IMG/VR virus record: IMGVR_UViG_2595698887_000001
Direction: 5' to 3' (one strand)
DNA from: a virus
Lineage: Duplodnaviria; Heunggongvirae; Uroviricota; Caudoviricetes
Length of the DNA: 38,514 bases
A program made the translations under genes and the position numbers. Positions within the stretch are counted from its first letter, which is position 1. Each line of letters begins with the position of its first letter. Shown here piece by piece: positions 8,673-17,762 of the stretch. The notes beneath the pieces were generated by a model. That model saw only the letters and a list, made by a program, of their open reading frames with translations, was not told the DNA's origin and did no database searches.

Positions 8673-9358
8673 ATGTTTTTCGCAGGTTTTTTAGATGATC
8701 CTCTGTTGTAGGGTATGCCACTCCACTCCATGTTCTCAATTATATATCCATTAAAGCATGTCTCATCCCCACATTCGTACTGTGTTTTTGTCAGGAATGT
8801 TAGGTAATTTCGATCTTCTGTTACCATGTGTACACTGTACATTTCCCTGAACCTATCACATCGCAAGATAGTTCCGGGAATGCTTACCTTATCCCTTGAA
8901 GGTTTGTAATAATTGGCTCGATCCTGAATAGACAGGTACGCACCAAGACATGCAGCCTTCAGGGAGCAAGAGACCTTCAGATTGTCAAAATCACCCCCGC
9001 TGATATACCACAGCAGGAGGGGTGGAGGACAATCCTCAAACGCAACACCAGCCCATTCACCGAAGGGGAATATTCCCCTTTCGATAAAATTGAGGTGCCT
9101 GCGCTGTGTGTCTGTCTCCACATCAACATAACTTCTTTTCTGCTTCAGGTCTATGCTTCTGTCGTAACTTTCCTCTCCCACCAAAGGTAAAGACCTTTTA
9201 AAGTAGTCATCACCAACAAAATCGGCCCGGTAACTTCCTGAACCAAGAGAAATAACAGAGGCATAAGCCCATTCATCTCCACTGTTGATGCAGAGTTTAA
9301 GCTCATAAAACCCAAACTCATGTTGTTGACGATACAGAATCCAGCGATCTACAGACAC
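8669..9358 (-). CDS. hypothetical protein with DUF3820-like motif
   Basis: FPFGEWAGVAFEDCPPPLLLWY resembles the PFGK.KG...P..YL.W motif. Confidence 0.6.
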   Translation of the reverse strand: MSVDRWILYRQQHEFGFYELKLCINSGDEWAYASVISLGSGSYRADFVGDDYFKRSLPLVGEESYDRSIDLKQKRSYVDVETDTQRRHLNFIERGIFPFGEWAGVAFEDCPPPLLLWYISGGDFDNLKVSCSLKAACLGAYLSIQDRANYYKPSRDKVSIPGTILRCDRFREMYSVHMVTEDRNYLTFLTKTQYECGDETCFNGYIIENMEWSGIPYNRGSSKKPAKNI

Positions 9359-9367
9359 AACGCCCCC

Positions 9368-10576
9368 TTAGTTCACGATTGCATCAACACCGTCAGAGAA
9401 GTTCTTACGGTATTCTGTGATGATCTCCATGACAACCGGGTATTTCTGGAGCAGTTTGGCAGGTAAACGCTCACGGTTCCCGGACATTAAGATCGCTTTA
9501 CCGAAGGAGTTCTCTTGGATGAACGACATGAACACAGAGCTAACGAAGTCACGGTTGGATGCCGTATCGTGCTGCCCGAAGTTATCATACATATACTTCA
9601 AGAAGTTAGCAGCGAACGCGATCACCTCATCGTCGGTGTACTCTTTGTTCTGGATCGCCTTGCGTAACCAGATAGACCCCTGAGAGCCGAGAGTCCACAG
9701 GATATCCGAAGAGTCAGCACCCGTATGTTTGGTGAGTTCACCACTCATAACATCCTGGATGGAGACCATCTTCGAGATACGGGTGTGGTATTCCCACAAC
9801 TCATTAGCCAGAGGCTTACCAATACTGCCCTGCAACGATGCCAGCGCCAGACGAGCAGACAACAGGTTAGCGTCATAATCGTACAGGATATCACTTGCCG
9901 TTACCCAGGTACGTGGTGTGGCATATGAAGGGGAGTTAATCTCCAGCATCTCTTCATAGTTCTCAATCTTACCGGGGTTTGCACTCACAAAACCAACCAC
10001 AGATGGATGGACATCGTTGTGCATTGCATAGTCCTGCAACCAGACAGTCGTATCGTAATCCAGTTCGACGAGGATCATACGGTTAGCCAGCGGAGCTTCC
10101 AGCATACTTACCGCAGTACCATCACCAGGGCGGTTGCCTGCACCTGCAAACACAGCGCCTTCCGGGAACTTGTATGTACCGATCTTGTGATCAAGCATGA
10201 TCTGATAGGCAACTTTCTGGAGATATGGCTCCGCGTGGAGCAATTCATCCAGGAATACAATACCCTTCCAGTCCGGGTCATCAGGCCAGAAGCTTGGAAT
10301 AGCGTACACAGTGCGTGTAATACCATTGTCGTCGGTTACGGGGATCTGCACCCCAACAACGTCAGATGGTTCTTTATCCGCAAGACGGAAGTCGATCAGG
10401 TTATCATCGCGGTCACCAAACATCATGTTAGCCACTTGCTTCATTGCTTGGCTCTTGCCAAGACCAGCACCACCAAACATCATCAGGGCGCGTCCACGAC
10501 GCTGGCAGAACTTCATCAGATCAGGAACATCCCGAAGTGTGATACGGTTCTCATCAAAAATGTTACGACTCGACAT
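9368..10576 (-). CDS. MoxR-like AAA+ ATPase
   Basis: Walker A GGAGLGKS, Walker B VFLDE, sensor AGNR, PLANR; AAGGAG RBS. Confidence 0.85.
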   Translation of the reverse strand: MSSRNIFDENRITLRDVPDLMKFCQRRGRALMMFGGAGLGKSQAMKQVANMMFGDRDDNLIDFRLADKEPSDVVGVQIPVTDDNGITRTVYAIPSFWPDDPDWKGIVFLDELLHAEPYLQKVAYQIMLDHKIGTYKFPEGAVFAGAGNRPGDGTAVSMLEAPLANRMILVELDYDTTVWLQDYAMHNDVHPSVVGFVSANPGKIENYEEMLEINSPSYATPRTWVTASDILYDYDANLLSARLALASLQGSIGKPLANELWEYHTRISKMVSIQDVMSGELTKHTGADSSDILWTLGSQGSIWLRKAIQNKEYTDDEVIAFAANFLKYMYDNFGQHDTASNRDFVSSVFMSFIQENSFGKAILMSGNRERLPAKLLQKYPVVMEIITEYRKNFSDGVDAIVN

Positions 10577-10805
10577 TAGTTTGTCTCCTTTGTTCAAGAT
10601 AGTTTTCGATTATCCCCTCTACATCTCCGGGGTCGATATCATTGTATAGGGTATGGATTCTCTCTGCAAGGTCTTTTGGCAATAACTTATCTGTTTGATG
10701 CACCCTACCAGCACCAAAAACCACATACCATGCACGACGACTCAAGCGGTGCCGTTGACGAGGAACGTCCCTGTTAAAATCTAAAGGCTTCACTTCTCCA
10801 CCCAT
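10563..10805 (-). CDS. hypothetical protein
   Basis: 80 aa; fills the operon gap. Confidence 0.5.
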   Translation of the reverse strand: MGGEVKPLDFNRDVPRQRHRLSRRAWYVVFGAGRVHQTDKLLPKDLAERIHTLYNDIDPGDVEGIIENYLEQRRQTNVES

Positions 10806-11161
10806 ACTCGATTCTCATCACACCAGTTGTAAAGATCTTTCATGATGTCGTTGAACTCCCGCATCGGCGTATAATGGCGGATCGGATCTGCATCATGCCC
10901 CTCTGCCTCACACTCCGCAATGGAAGCCTTCCACTCAGGATATGTGGGGACATCCCGGAAATAGATTATAATATCAACGAGATCTGCATCACACTGAACG
11001 CTTTCGTAGCTTGCCTTGTTTGGAAATTTGAATTCCAGACGACGAGCAATCTCTTTCGCAAGCTCATGAACTGTTTTATCAGTCCAATCCTCCGGACCAC
11101 ATTCGCCGTTACGCTTTCTCCACACATCATCAATGCGGAGGGTTTGTTTCCACTCAGCCAT
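10790..11161 (-). CDS. hypothetical protein
   Basis: 123 aa; C-terminal FNDIMKDLYNWCDENRVWV. Confidence 0.65.
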   Translation of the reverse strand: MAEWKQTLRIDDVWRKRNGECGPEDWTDKTVHELAKEIARRLEFKFPNKASYESVQCDADLVDIIIYFRDVPTYPEWKASIAECEAEGHDADPIRHYTPMREFNDIMKDLYNWCDENRVWVEK

Positions 11162-11651
11162 TTTTTATTTTCCTCATTTCAAATTTATCACCATGACCAA
11201 TCATATGGCCTTTGGCAGCGATAAGTTTTTCACCATACATTGTGCCGATGCACTGCCCGGTGAAAACTTCCGGCATATCTTCATCAGGGAGGATCAACTC
11301 CACATGGAATTTTCCAGGTAAGTGTTCCACATGGTGTTGCATAAGGCTGTTTTTATTGGTGTCTTTCACCCATGCCTTAAATTTACCGTCATAACAATAC
11401 CGGGTATTCTTGTGATACAGATAATTTCCCCAACACGTCCTGATGATATTATCAACAGTAACCCTTACTCGACGACCACTTTCAAATTGCGCCTGAATCA
11501 AAGCCTCTTTCAGTTCAGAGGTGCGCTTTTTATAGTAGGTCAGGTGTTCTTCTTTGCGATCAGAACGCTTCAAGAGGTAATCCACAATCTCCGCATCGCT
11601 CTGTCCTTTACTACGCCTTAACTCGATAGCCTCTTGTAAAGATTTATTCAT
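11154..11651 (-). CDS. hypothetical protein
   Basis: 165 aa; AAGGAG RBS. Confidence 0.65.
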   Translation of the reverse strand: MNKSLQEAIELRRSKGQSDAEIVDYLLKRSDRKEEHLTYYKKRTSELKEALIQAQFESGRRVRVTVDNIIRTCWGNYLYHKNTRYCYDGKFKAWVKDTNKNSLMQHHVEHLPGKFHVELILPDEDMPEVFTGQCIGTMYGEKLIAAKGHMIGHGDKFEMRKIKNG

Positions 11652-11652
11652 A

Positions 11653-11862
11653 TCAAAGCTCCTTAATGGATTCCAGGTCAAGGTAGTCATCACCACCCAC
11701 TACTTTACCGTCAGTTTTACGATACTTCACGATCTTCCCTGTTTCTGAATGCTGGTAAGACATCCAGTAACGAGATGTTTCGCGAAGTTTCTCAGTCCAC
11801 GCCCAGCCGAGGCGAGGTTTTTTGACTGTACCTTTGTGGGTGTAGCCTTGATTTCTGGACAT
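11653..11862 (-). CDS. hypothetical basic protein
   Basis: 69 aa; GGAG RBS; KLRETSRYW...KYRKTDG. Confidence 0.6.
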   Translation of the reverse strand: MSRNQGYTHKGTVKKPRLGWAWTEKLRETSRYWMSYQHSETGKIVKYRKTDGKVVGGDDYLDLESIKEL

Positions 11863-12083
11863 TCTTTGCTCCTGTATAGAGTCACTTTGTAAAGGTTCTG
11901 ATCGTAAATCAAAAACGGTCTTGACACCGGACCGCTCAGTTTGTATCTACGATTAACCTGTATGTAGCCACGGCTCTCAAGTTTGAGAACCAGCTTACTT
12001 ACTTTCCACGATGGAATCCCCAGCAGGAACCCCATCTGTTTCTGAGTATACTTGTTTGTGCGGAGCAGTGTCAAGAGGTTCAT
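11727..12083 (-). CDS. winged-helix HTH DNA-binding protein
   Basis: YTQKQMGFLLGIPSWKVSKLVLKLESRGYI HTH pattern. Confidence 0.6.
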   Translation of the reverse strand: MNLLTLLRTNKYTQKQMGFLLGIPSWKVSKLVLKLESRGYIQVNRRYKLSGPVSRPFLIYDQNLYKVTLYRSKECPEIKATPTKVQSKNLASAGRGLRNFAKHLVTGCLTSIQKQGRS

Positions 12084-12601
12084 CAGGAAATCCTGCTTGT
12101 AGTTACTTCGAGAATGCTCTCGTGGAACGTTTTAATCTTCAACAGTTTCGTATACATCTCTTGGTACTTGCGAATACGCAGAAGATCTTTATCACCTAAT
12201 CCCTTAAGGCGGCGAACATCAGAGTTGTGACGCAGGTCTGCGAGCTTCACACGGATTGCATCATAGTTGCTTGCAATACCTTGGAAATACTCTTCCGGTG
12301 TCTGATTGGGGGTCTTCGTCAAAAGAACCACAGCATCTTTCACACGATTCGAGAAACCCAACAGCACCAGGTCAGCAGCCGTTACATCGGTATCTTCCAG
12401 CACATCGTGAAGAGCAGCGATAGCCATAAGCTGAAAATCATCGCTCTTCAGGTAGTGCATCACCTTCAACGGGTGGAGGATGTAGGGGTTACCACCCTTA
12501 TCTTTCTGATTCAGGTGTCCTTCTGCTGCGATCTTGATAGCCAGGGCAAGTTCTTGCGCCGGGGTTAAAACTGGAATCGTGGAATTGTAATTTCGTACCA
12601 T
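12083..12601 (-). CDS. HD-domain hydrolase, RelA/SpoT (Mesh1-like) small alarmone hydrolase family
   Basis: GNPYILHPLKV, AALHDVLEDT, VKLADLRHN. Confidence 0.85.
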   Translation of the reverse strand: MVRNYNSTIPVLTPAQELALAIKIAAEGHLNQKDKGGNPYILHPLKVMHYLKSDDFQLMAIAALHDVLEDTDVTAADLVLLGFSNRVKDAVVLLTKTPNQTPEEYFQGIASNYDAIRVKLADLRHNSDVRRLKGLGDKDLLRIRKYQEMYTKLLKIKTFHESILEVTTSRIS

Positions 12602-13596
12602 CTTTGTTGCTCCATCATGTTAAAAGGTTTGATCTTGAGTGTATCAAAGCCGTCAATGTTGTCAAGCCAGAATTCATCTTTATATCCAGCCATTTCCATC
12701 ATCATTAACTCTTCCGGGCTGGGTGTCTCTCCTGCCATCATATTTCTGAGTCTTTCATCCCAGCGGAAGGTGAATAATGTCTCATTCTTATTGCAAATCA
12801 ACAGTGCTTCACGGGCATTTTTAATCTTAACACCACGATCACGTAGATGAAACACGCTGTGACCAATGTGGTTACACTGGACATCAAAGTTATCCCTGTC
12901 TCTGAAGTCACAAAACACCAGAAGATCACCGATAGACAAGGAGATGCCGAGAATATCAATATCGTTTTTAGACCTCTGTGTGAATTTCGATTCAAGACCG
13001 TACCTGCGGAACTCCGCATTGATGAAAAGATCTGGTTCACAGCGACCCATTTGTCTGATAAGAGGCTTCAACAAGCCGAGAAACTCTCTTGTACGGCTTG
13101 AAAATCTCCATGCCGGACTCTTTGTAAGGGCATCACCATCCCCATGACCACGGATAATGGCTGAAACATTTCCCCGCGATACCTCTTCTCTTTCAAAAGG
13201 GTTTGAGGAAAGCGATGCTCCCGTTTTGATATCTACCTCCAGACGGGCCAAGAACCGCTTATCGAGGCTTTCTCGTCGATAATCTCCCCAATCACACCCC
13301 CAGAACCAAGAGAATGGACCATTCATTGTGTCTGCTTTCTCAAGCAAGTACCTAAGTAGTTCCGCAAGGGGATTATCTTGCATAACCGTAGGGTTAAGCC
13401 TTGAAAGAAAGTCATCACTATCCATTCTTGGCGTATCCCAGATACCCAGCATTGCCTTTTGACTGTACTGTTGCTCTCTTTGCCAATGCTCAATCAGGTC
13501 GCGAGTTGTCTGGTCATCTTTTAACATGCTCCAGTCTATATCAGCAGTCACCTTTGGGACGGCTACCTGTCGAACATCAATGTTGAATTTATTCAT
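12565..13596 (-). CDS. hypothetical protein
   Basis: 343 aa from MNKFNIDV; first gene after the leftward promoter. Confidence 0.7.
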   Translation of the reverse strand: MNKFNIDVRQVAVPKVTADIDWSMLKDDQTTRDLIEHWQREQQYSQKAMLGIWDTPRMDSDDFLSRLNPTVMQDNPLAELLRYLLEKADTMNGPFSWFWGCDWGDYRRESLDKRFLARLEVDIKTGASLSSNPFEREEVSRGNVSAIIRGHGDGDALTKSPAWRFSSRTREFLGLLKPLIRQMGRCEPDLFINAEFRRYGLESKFTQRSKNDIDILGISLSIGDLLVFCDFRDRDNFDVQCNHIGHSVFHLRDRGVKIKNAREALLICNKNETLFTFRWDERLRNMMAGETPSPEELMMMEMAGYKDEFWLDNIDGFDTLKIKPFNMMEQQRWYEITIPRFQF

Positions 13597-13627
13597 GTTT
13601 ATCTCTCTCTCAAACAAATGTACACAA

Positions 13628-13656
13628 AGCATACACTGTAAAAAATTTGAAATCAA
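13628..13656 (-). promoter_or_regulatory. sigma70 promoter (leftward operon)
   Basis: TTGATT-17-TATGCT. Confidence 0.65.
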
Positions 13657-13659
13657 GTG

Positions 13660-13688
13660 TTGACAGGGTGGAATCAATCCAGGATAAT
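13660..13688 (+). promoter_or_regulatory. sigma70 promoter (divergent)
   Basis: TTGACA-17-GATAAT. Confidence 0.75.
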
Positions 13689-13726
13689 TCTCCCAACAAG
13701 AACGGGAACAACCCAAGGAGTAGAAA

Positions 13727-14659
13727 ATGTTTGATGTGAAAAAGAAATTTACCGCCAGTGAGATCAAAAGTCTAGAAGAACGTTATCGTAAAAAGGTTGA
13801 GCGCACAAAGAAACGTGGCCTTGAGTTCAGCCTGACGCTTGATGACTGGTTCATGATGGGTGAGAAGCTCTTAGGTATTGGCAAATGTGACTATACCAAC
13901 ATGGACTTTAGTATGCGCTCTGTGCATGGTGAGAAAGACCCTCTTTATCCAACAGTTGAGCGTATCAATGATAAGAAAGGTTATGTCCGTGGTAACGTTT
14001 GTGTTGTCCTGCAACGCGCTAACGAACTGAAAGATTGCTTGGTTGACAAGAAGACGGCAATCACTATAATTGAACCACTTGATCGTGAGATTGTTCAGGC
14101 AATGATGCTGAACATGTCAAAAGAGCATATGGAACAACTGAAACTAAAATATATTCCACAAGAGGAGAAAGAAATGCCAGTAGATACTTCTGTAGTTGTA
14201 GATAAGCCTGTTGTTGCCGAGAGTTTCTCACGCTATCCAGAATCAAAAGATCGTACTGCCTCTTCTGCAATGGAACTCGCTGAACAGCATTTCCACAAGC
14301 AAGAGCCTGTTGCGGAAGAAACAACCGCCCCGGTAGAAGAAAAGCAGAAACTGCCTGATGATGTCGCTGTGGCACTGGCCTATGCCAACTACTGCAAAAC
14401 ATTCTCTGATGCGGGTATGAACGTTTCTGTGACTTATGCACAGTTCAAAGCGAAGTATATTCGCAACACCTGCTCTCTGACCGGAGAGAAGTTGTCTGGA
14501 GAGCCAAAGGCGATCCTGATCATGGATCTGAAAGTCGGTTTTGCTAAAGACAACTTCATTATTGTGTCGAAGAAAATGGAAACGGCGCTTACTCAACTGA
14601 TCATTCAGACAGAAATGAGCCTCCCTAAAATCACTGCGATGCTCAACAAGGTGGTGTAA
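13727..14659 (+). CDS. T4 Srd-like protein (putative anti-sigma factor family)
   Basis: KKRGLEFSLT...CDYT...ERINDKKGYVRGNV resembles the T4 Srd N-terminus as recalled. Confidence 0.65.
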   Translation: MFDVKKKFTASEIKSLEERYRKKVERTKKRGLEFSLTLDDWFMMGEKLLGIGKCDYTNMDFSMRSVHGEKDPLYPTVERINDKKGYVRGNVCVVLQRANELKDCLVDKKTAITIIEPLDREIVQAMMLNMSKEHMEQLKLKYIPQEEKEMPVDTSVVVDKPVVAESFSRYPESKDRTASSAMELAEQHFHKQEPVAEETTAPVEEKQKLPDDVAVALAYANYCKTFSDAGMNVSVTYAQFKAKYIRNTCSLTGEKLSGEPKAILIMDLKVGFAKDNFIIVSKKMETALTQLIIQTEMSLPKITAMLNKVV

Positions 14660-14919
14660 TGTACGAAGACATCCTGGGCCGACCCTCGTCGGCTCCTGAA
14701 CAAAAGATGATGGACAGGGGATTCATTCCCCCATTCAAAGTTGGTGACCGGGTTTGTCTCGCTAATGCTCAGAACGTGGTATCAACCATCACTGCAACGG
14801 TTTTGTTTGCTGTACCACCTAACCCGGTGCAGCCGCAGCCAGCATTAACCTGGGGATTCCGGCTTGAAGGCTGGACAGACTTTTTACCAGGTGAAGCAAT
14901 AAAACCATTTGCATCCTAG
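14659..14919 (+). CDS. hypothetical protein
   Basis: 86 aa; FKVGDRV KOW-like; TAATG coupling. Confidence 0.55.
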   Translation: MYEDILGRPSSAPEQKMMDRGFIPPFKVGDRVCLANAQNVVSTITATVLFAVPPNPVQPQPALTWGFRLEGWTDFLPGEAIKPFAS

Positions 14920-14936
14920 CGCAGAACGTGTATAAT
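14909..14936 (+). promoter_or_regulatory. sigma70 promoter
   Basis: TTGCAT-16-TATAAT. Confidence 0.6.
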
Positions 14937-14976
14937 CAGGTCATCATTAGATGGCCTTTTTTATTTGGAGAGAAAA

Positions 14977-16413
14977 ATGTATAAAGACGAGTCGGAGATG
15001 ATCTCCAAGCTACAAGATTCAGCTTTGAAGCTGATACAGTCAGCACGTATTGCATTGCTGCAACATCGCCCATTTTACGGAACTTTGCTGAGTTCTTTGC
15101 CGATCATCGCAGACTGGAGATGGTTACCAACCGCTGCAACAGATCACCGAAACCTGTATTATAACCCTGAGTTCATTATGGGGATGCCTGCCGAACGCAA
15201 AAAGAAAGTCTTTGAGCGTATTGACAATCATCCATCCATGACACAGCAGGAAAAAGATGACTACAAAGAGTATGTCGAGGTTTTCTATCGCAAGAAGACA
15301 CCAAAAGAGGTGGTAGTTATCCTGATGCACGAAGTGCGCCATATCACTAACGACCACATGGCCCGTGGCAAGAGTTTCAACTCAAAAATGTACAACATTG
15401 CTGCGGATCAGTACATCAATACAGATTTGGTGGCTGTAGACCTCGGTCCAAGAAACTCGAACCTGAAGTTCTTCCCGTTAGGAGCACAGACCAAGTTTGA
15501 CAAAAACAAAGAATTTGGGTTCCTTGCTTACTGTTATTGTGATTTCTCATTCCAGAACAAAACAGCGGAAGAGATCTACGAGATGATTTACAATGGCAAG
15601 ACAGTTGTTGGTCATCCTATGGGTGCTCATATTGGGGATTATGACCCCGAACGAGACATCCTGGGGTACGTAGACCCACACCCAAGCCTCGGTCCAATCG
15701 CTAAAGATGAGAATCTTGCATGGTCAGCGGGGCTGATTGATGCTGCAATGAGTGCAGCAGGCGGCGAAGGTCCGAAAGAGGCACGGGAATTGGTGGCAAG
15801 ATCTCGTAAGCCACACATTGATTACATGAAAATCATTAAACAGCGTATGGTTTCTCGTGTGAGGTCTCACCTTTCTTACCGTAAACCTGCACGTCGATCA
15901 GGGTCTGTGACCCAGGTTCTGCGTAATTATGGTGCAATCACTCATAAGCAGAGCATCATTTTGCCGGGAAGAAAGCAATCTGAGACAATTGACATTGTGG
16001 TATGCTTCGATGTGTCTGGTTCTATCAGCCAGAAAACCATGACTCGCATCTTTAACGAGATTATTGGTCTGTGTACCCTGTATAAATGCTTCCGGGTAAC
16101 ACTTTTCTGCTGGTCAACCGAAGTTGGCGAGGTAAAAGTATACACCCAGGACAACATCAAGGAGATGCTGGACTACCATGTCACCTCCACAGGCGGTACA
16201 CGGGCGGGTGTTGCGTTTGAATACATCGAAAAGAATATCCCTGATGCTAAAGATGTGATAATCTTTACAGACGGGTATATTGAAGATCTCAGTTCCCGCA
16301 AAAAAGACTGGGGTAAGATGTGGGATACACTATGGGTATTGTGTGGTCGTAACAAATCCAAGTACGACCCACCATTCGGGAGGGCAGTTGACTTAGATGA
16401 ACACGCAAAATAA
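14977..16413 (+). CDS. metallopeptidase-like + VWA domain protein (DUF2201-type)
   Basis: TAATD, HEVRH (HExxH), MIDAS DVSGS, TGGT, IIFTDG. Confidence 0.85.
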   Translation: MYKDESEMISKLQDSALKLIQSARIALLQHRPFYGTLLSSLPIIADWRWLPTAATDHRNLYYNPEFIMGMPAERKKKVFERIDNHPSMTQQEKDDYKEYVEVFYRKKTPKEVVVILMHEVRHITNDHMARGKSFNSKMYNIAADQYINTDLVAVDLGPRNSNLKFFPLGAQTKFDKNKEFGFLAYCYCDFSFQNKTAEEIYEMIYNGKTVVGHPMGAHIGDYDPERDILGYVDPHPSLGPIAKDENLAWSAGLIDAAMSAAGGEGPKEARELVARSRKPHIDYMKIIKQRMVSRVRSHLSYRKPARRSGSVTQVLRNYGAITHKQSIILPGRKQSETIDIVVCFDVSGSISQKTMTRIFNEIIGLCTLYKCFRVTLFCWSTEVGEVKVYTQDNIKEMLDYHVTSTGGTRAGVAFEYIEKNIPDAKDVIIFTDGYIEDLSSRKKDWGKMWDTLWVLCGRNKSKYDPPFGRAVDLDEHAK

Positions 16414-16783
16414 GCTAATTGTTACAGGACTCACTGTAGATGTTGACTTTATGTACAGTGGGTCAATGGTCAGAATCGGTTTCCATGAGGGGAGAGAGTA
16501 CATTGAGTATCTGATCTCCTCTAATCGCCGTGCATTGTCCATTAAGCGATTCAAAAACGCCAGATGGGGAACCATAATTGAACCAGACTTCACTGTAAAT
16601 CCTTTGGATATCAGTGAGGAAGAGGATTTTATGGTGAGTATTCTTCCGGGAATGAACCATTTCGAGCGTTCTTTGTACAAAATGGCAGGTATTGTTGCGA
16701 AAATGTGGCATAACGATGCTGATGAGAACTATGCTCGGAACTACGTCATAGAGTATCTTAAGGATTATCTGGTGACACCATGA
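16397..16783 (+). CDS. hypothetical protein
   Basis: 128 aa; operon-coupled. Confidence 0.6.
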   Translation: MNTQNKLIVTGLTVDVDFMYSGSMVRIGFHEGREYIEYLISSNRRALSIKRFKNARWGTIIEPDFTVNPLDISEEEDFMVSILPGMNHFERSLYKMAGIVAKMWHNDADENYARNYVIEYLKDYLVTP

Positions 16784-17076
16784 GGATAGATAAGTCTTTC
16801 AGTGTGTTGTGCTCATATGGAATCCTGTCAAATCCGGAGGTCTCACCAACAGACCTCCGGGTCTACCTGTACATCAAGTTCAGGTGGCAGTTTTTCCAGA
16901 GCAAAGGTGCTGAGTTCGTAGAGTCTGTAAGCACCATAGCAGAGGCCGTCAGTATGAGTCCCAGAAGTGTGCAGAGGTCATTGAAGAATCTTGAGTCTCT
17001 TGGATACCTAGAGGTGGTTGAGAGGTCAGGGAAAACAAGCCTCTATATTCCGCTTGACGAACTGGTTAAGAAGTAG
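16780..17076 (+). CDS. winged-helix HTH protein (replication-initiator N-terminus-like)
   Basis: SVSTIAEAVSMSPRSVQRSLKNLESLGYL...GKTSLY. Confidence 0.7.
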   Translation: MRIDKSFSVLCSYGILSNPEVSPTDLRVYLYIKFRWQFFQSKGAEFVESVSTIAEAVSMSPRSVQRSLKNLESLGYLEVVERSGKTSLYIPLDELVKK

Positions 17077-17084
17077 CCAACCCC

Positions 17085-17185
17085 TGACAAAAACGTAGGG
17101 GGAGGGGTGACAAAAACGACCTACGATATAATAAAGAACTAAATAATAAAGAAACAAACAAATAAAATAAGATCTTTATAAAAAA
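17085..17185. repeat. 11-bp direct repeats followed by an A-rich tract
   Basis: TGACAAAAACG at 17085 and 17108; A-rich DNA to about 17185. Confidence 0.7.
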
Positions 17186-17188
17186 GAC

Positions 17189-17216
17189 TTGATCTTAAGA
17201 TTTGTTAGTGTATAGT
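17189..17216 (+). promoter_or_regulatory. sigma70 promoter
   Basis: TTGATC-16-TATAGT. Confidence 0.55.
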
Positions 17217-17352
17217 TGGTTTCAAGAGGAAGTGATGGAGCAACAGCGAAACACTTCAGATGTGTGTGGAAGTTCAATGTGCTCGGAGGCATGGGCGACA
17301 GGAGCTTCTAAATGCGACGATTAACTGGGGGCGGCGCGAAGCCGACAAGAAC

Positions 17353-17556
17353 ATGAGTAATTCACATTGTTTTATCGTTGGTATTTTTATTTCTTTGTTT
17401 GTGCTTGCTGTAGCCTTCTCAGGCGTTAATCGTGATGAAGGAGCATTCAAGTGGGCTGTTGAGTTTTGCAACGGCAAAGATAAGATTAAGGATTTCTCAA
17501 CAAAGCCGATTCACACCGTGATGTGTGTTGATAATCGAAAAGCTGAAATTCCATAA
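17353..17556 (+). CDS. membrane-anchored hypothetical protein
   Basis: 67 aa; N-terminal TM helix. Confidence 0.55.
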   Translation: MSNSHCFIVGIFISLFVLAVAFSGVNRDEGAFKWAVEFCNGKDKIKDFSTKPIHTVMCVDNRKAEIP

Positions 17557-17565
17557 GGCGGTTGT

Positions 17566-17751
17566 GTGAGTTCTACAGAGCATTCAAGGTCCTTGATATG
17601 CCGGAAGTGTGGTCAACGTGACACGGTTCGTGTTCTGGCAATGTCAGGAAGAGAATATGTTTGCGAGTGTGCATGTGGTCATGTATACTACTCAAAATCA
17701 AACGCGGCAGGTGCTGAATACGCTCGCCGCAATAAGTTCAAAAACCAATAG
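17566..17751 (+). CDS. zinc-ribbon protein
   Basis: CRKC...CECACG. Confidence 0.55.
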   Translation: MSSTEHSRSLICRKCGQRDTVRVLAMSGREYVCECACGHVYYSKSNAAGAEYARRNKFKNQ

Positions 17752-17762
17752 GAGAATAACTG

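Noticed and set aside
17235-17324. 29-codon ORF behind GAGGA after the 17189 promoter
   Set aside because: Too short and featureless to call; could be a leader peptide or RNA
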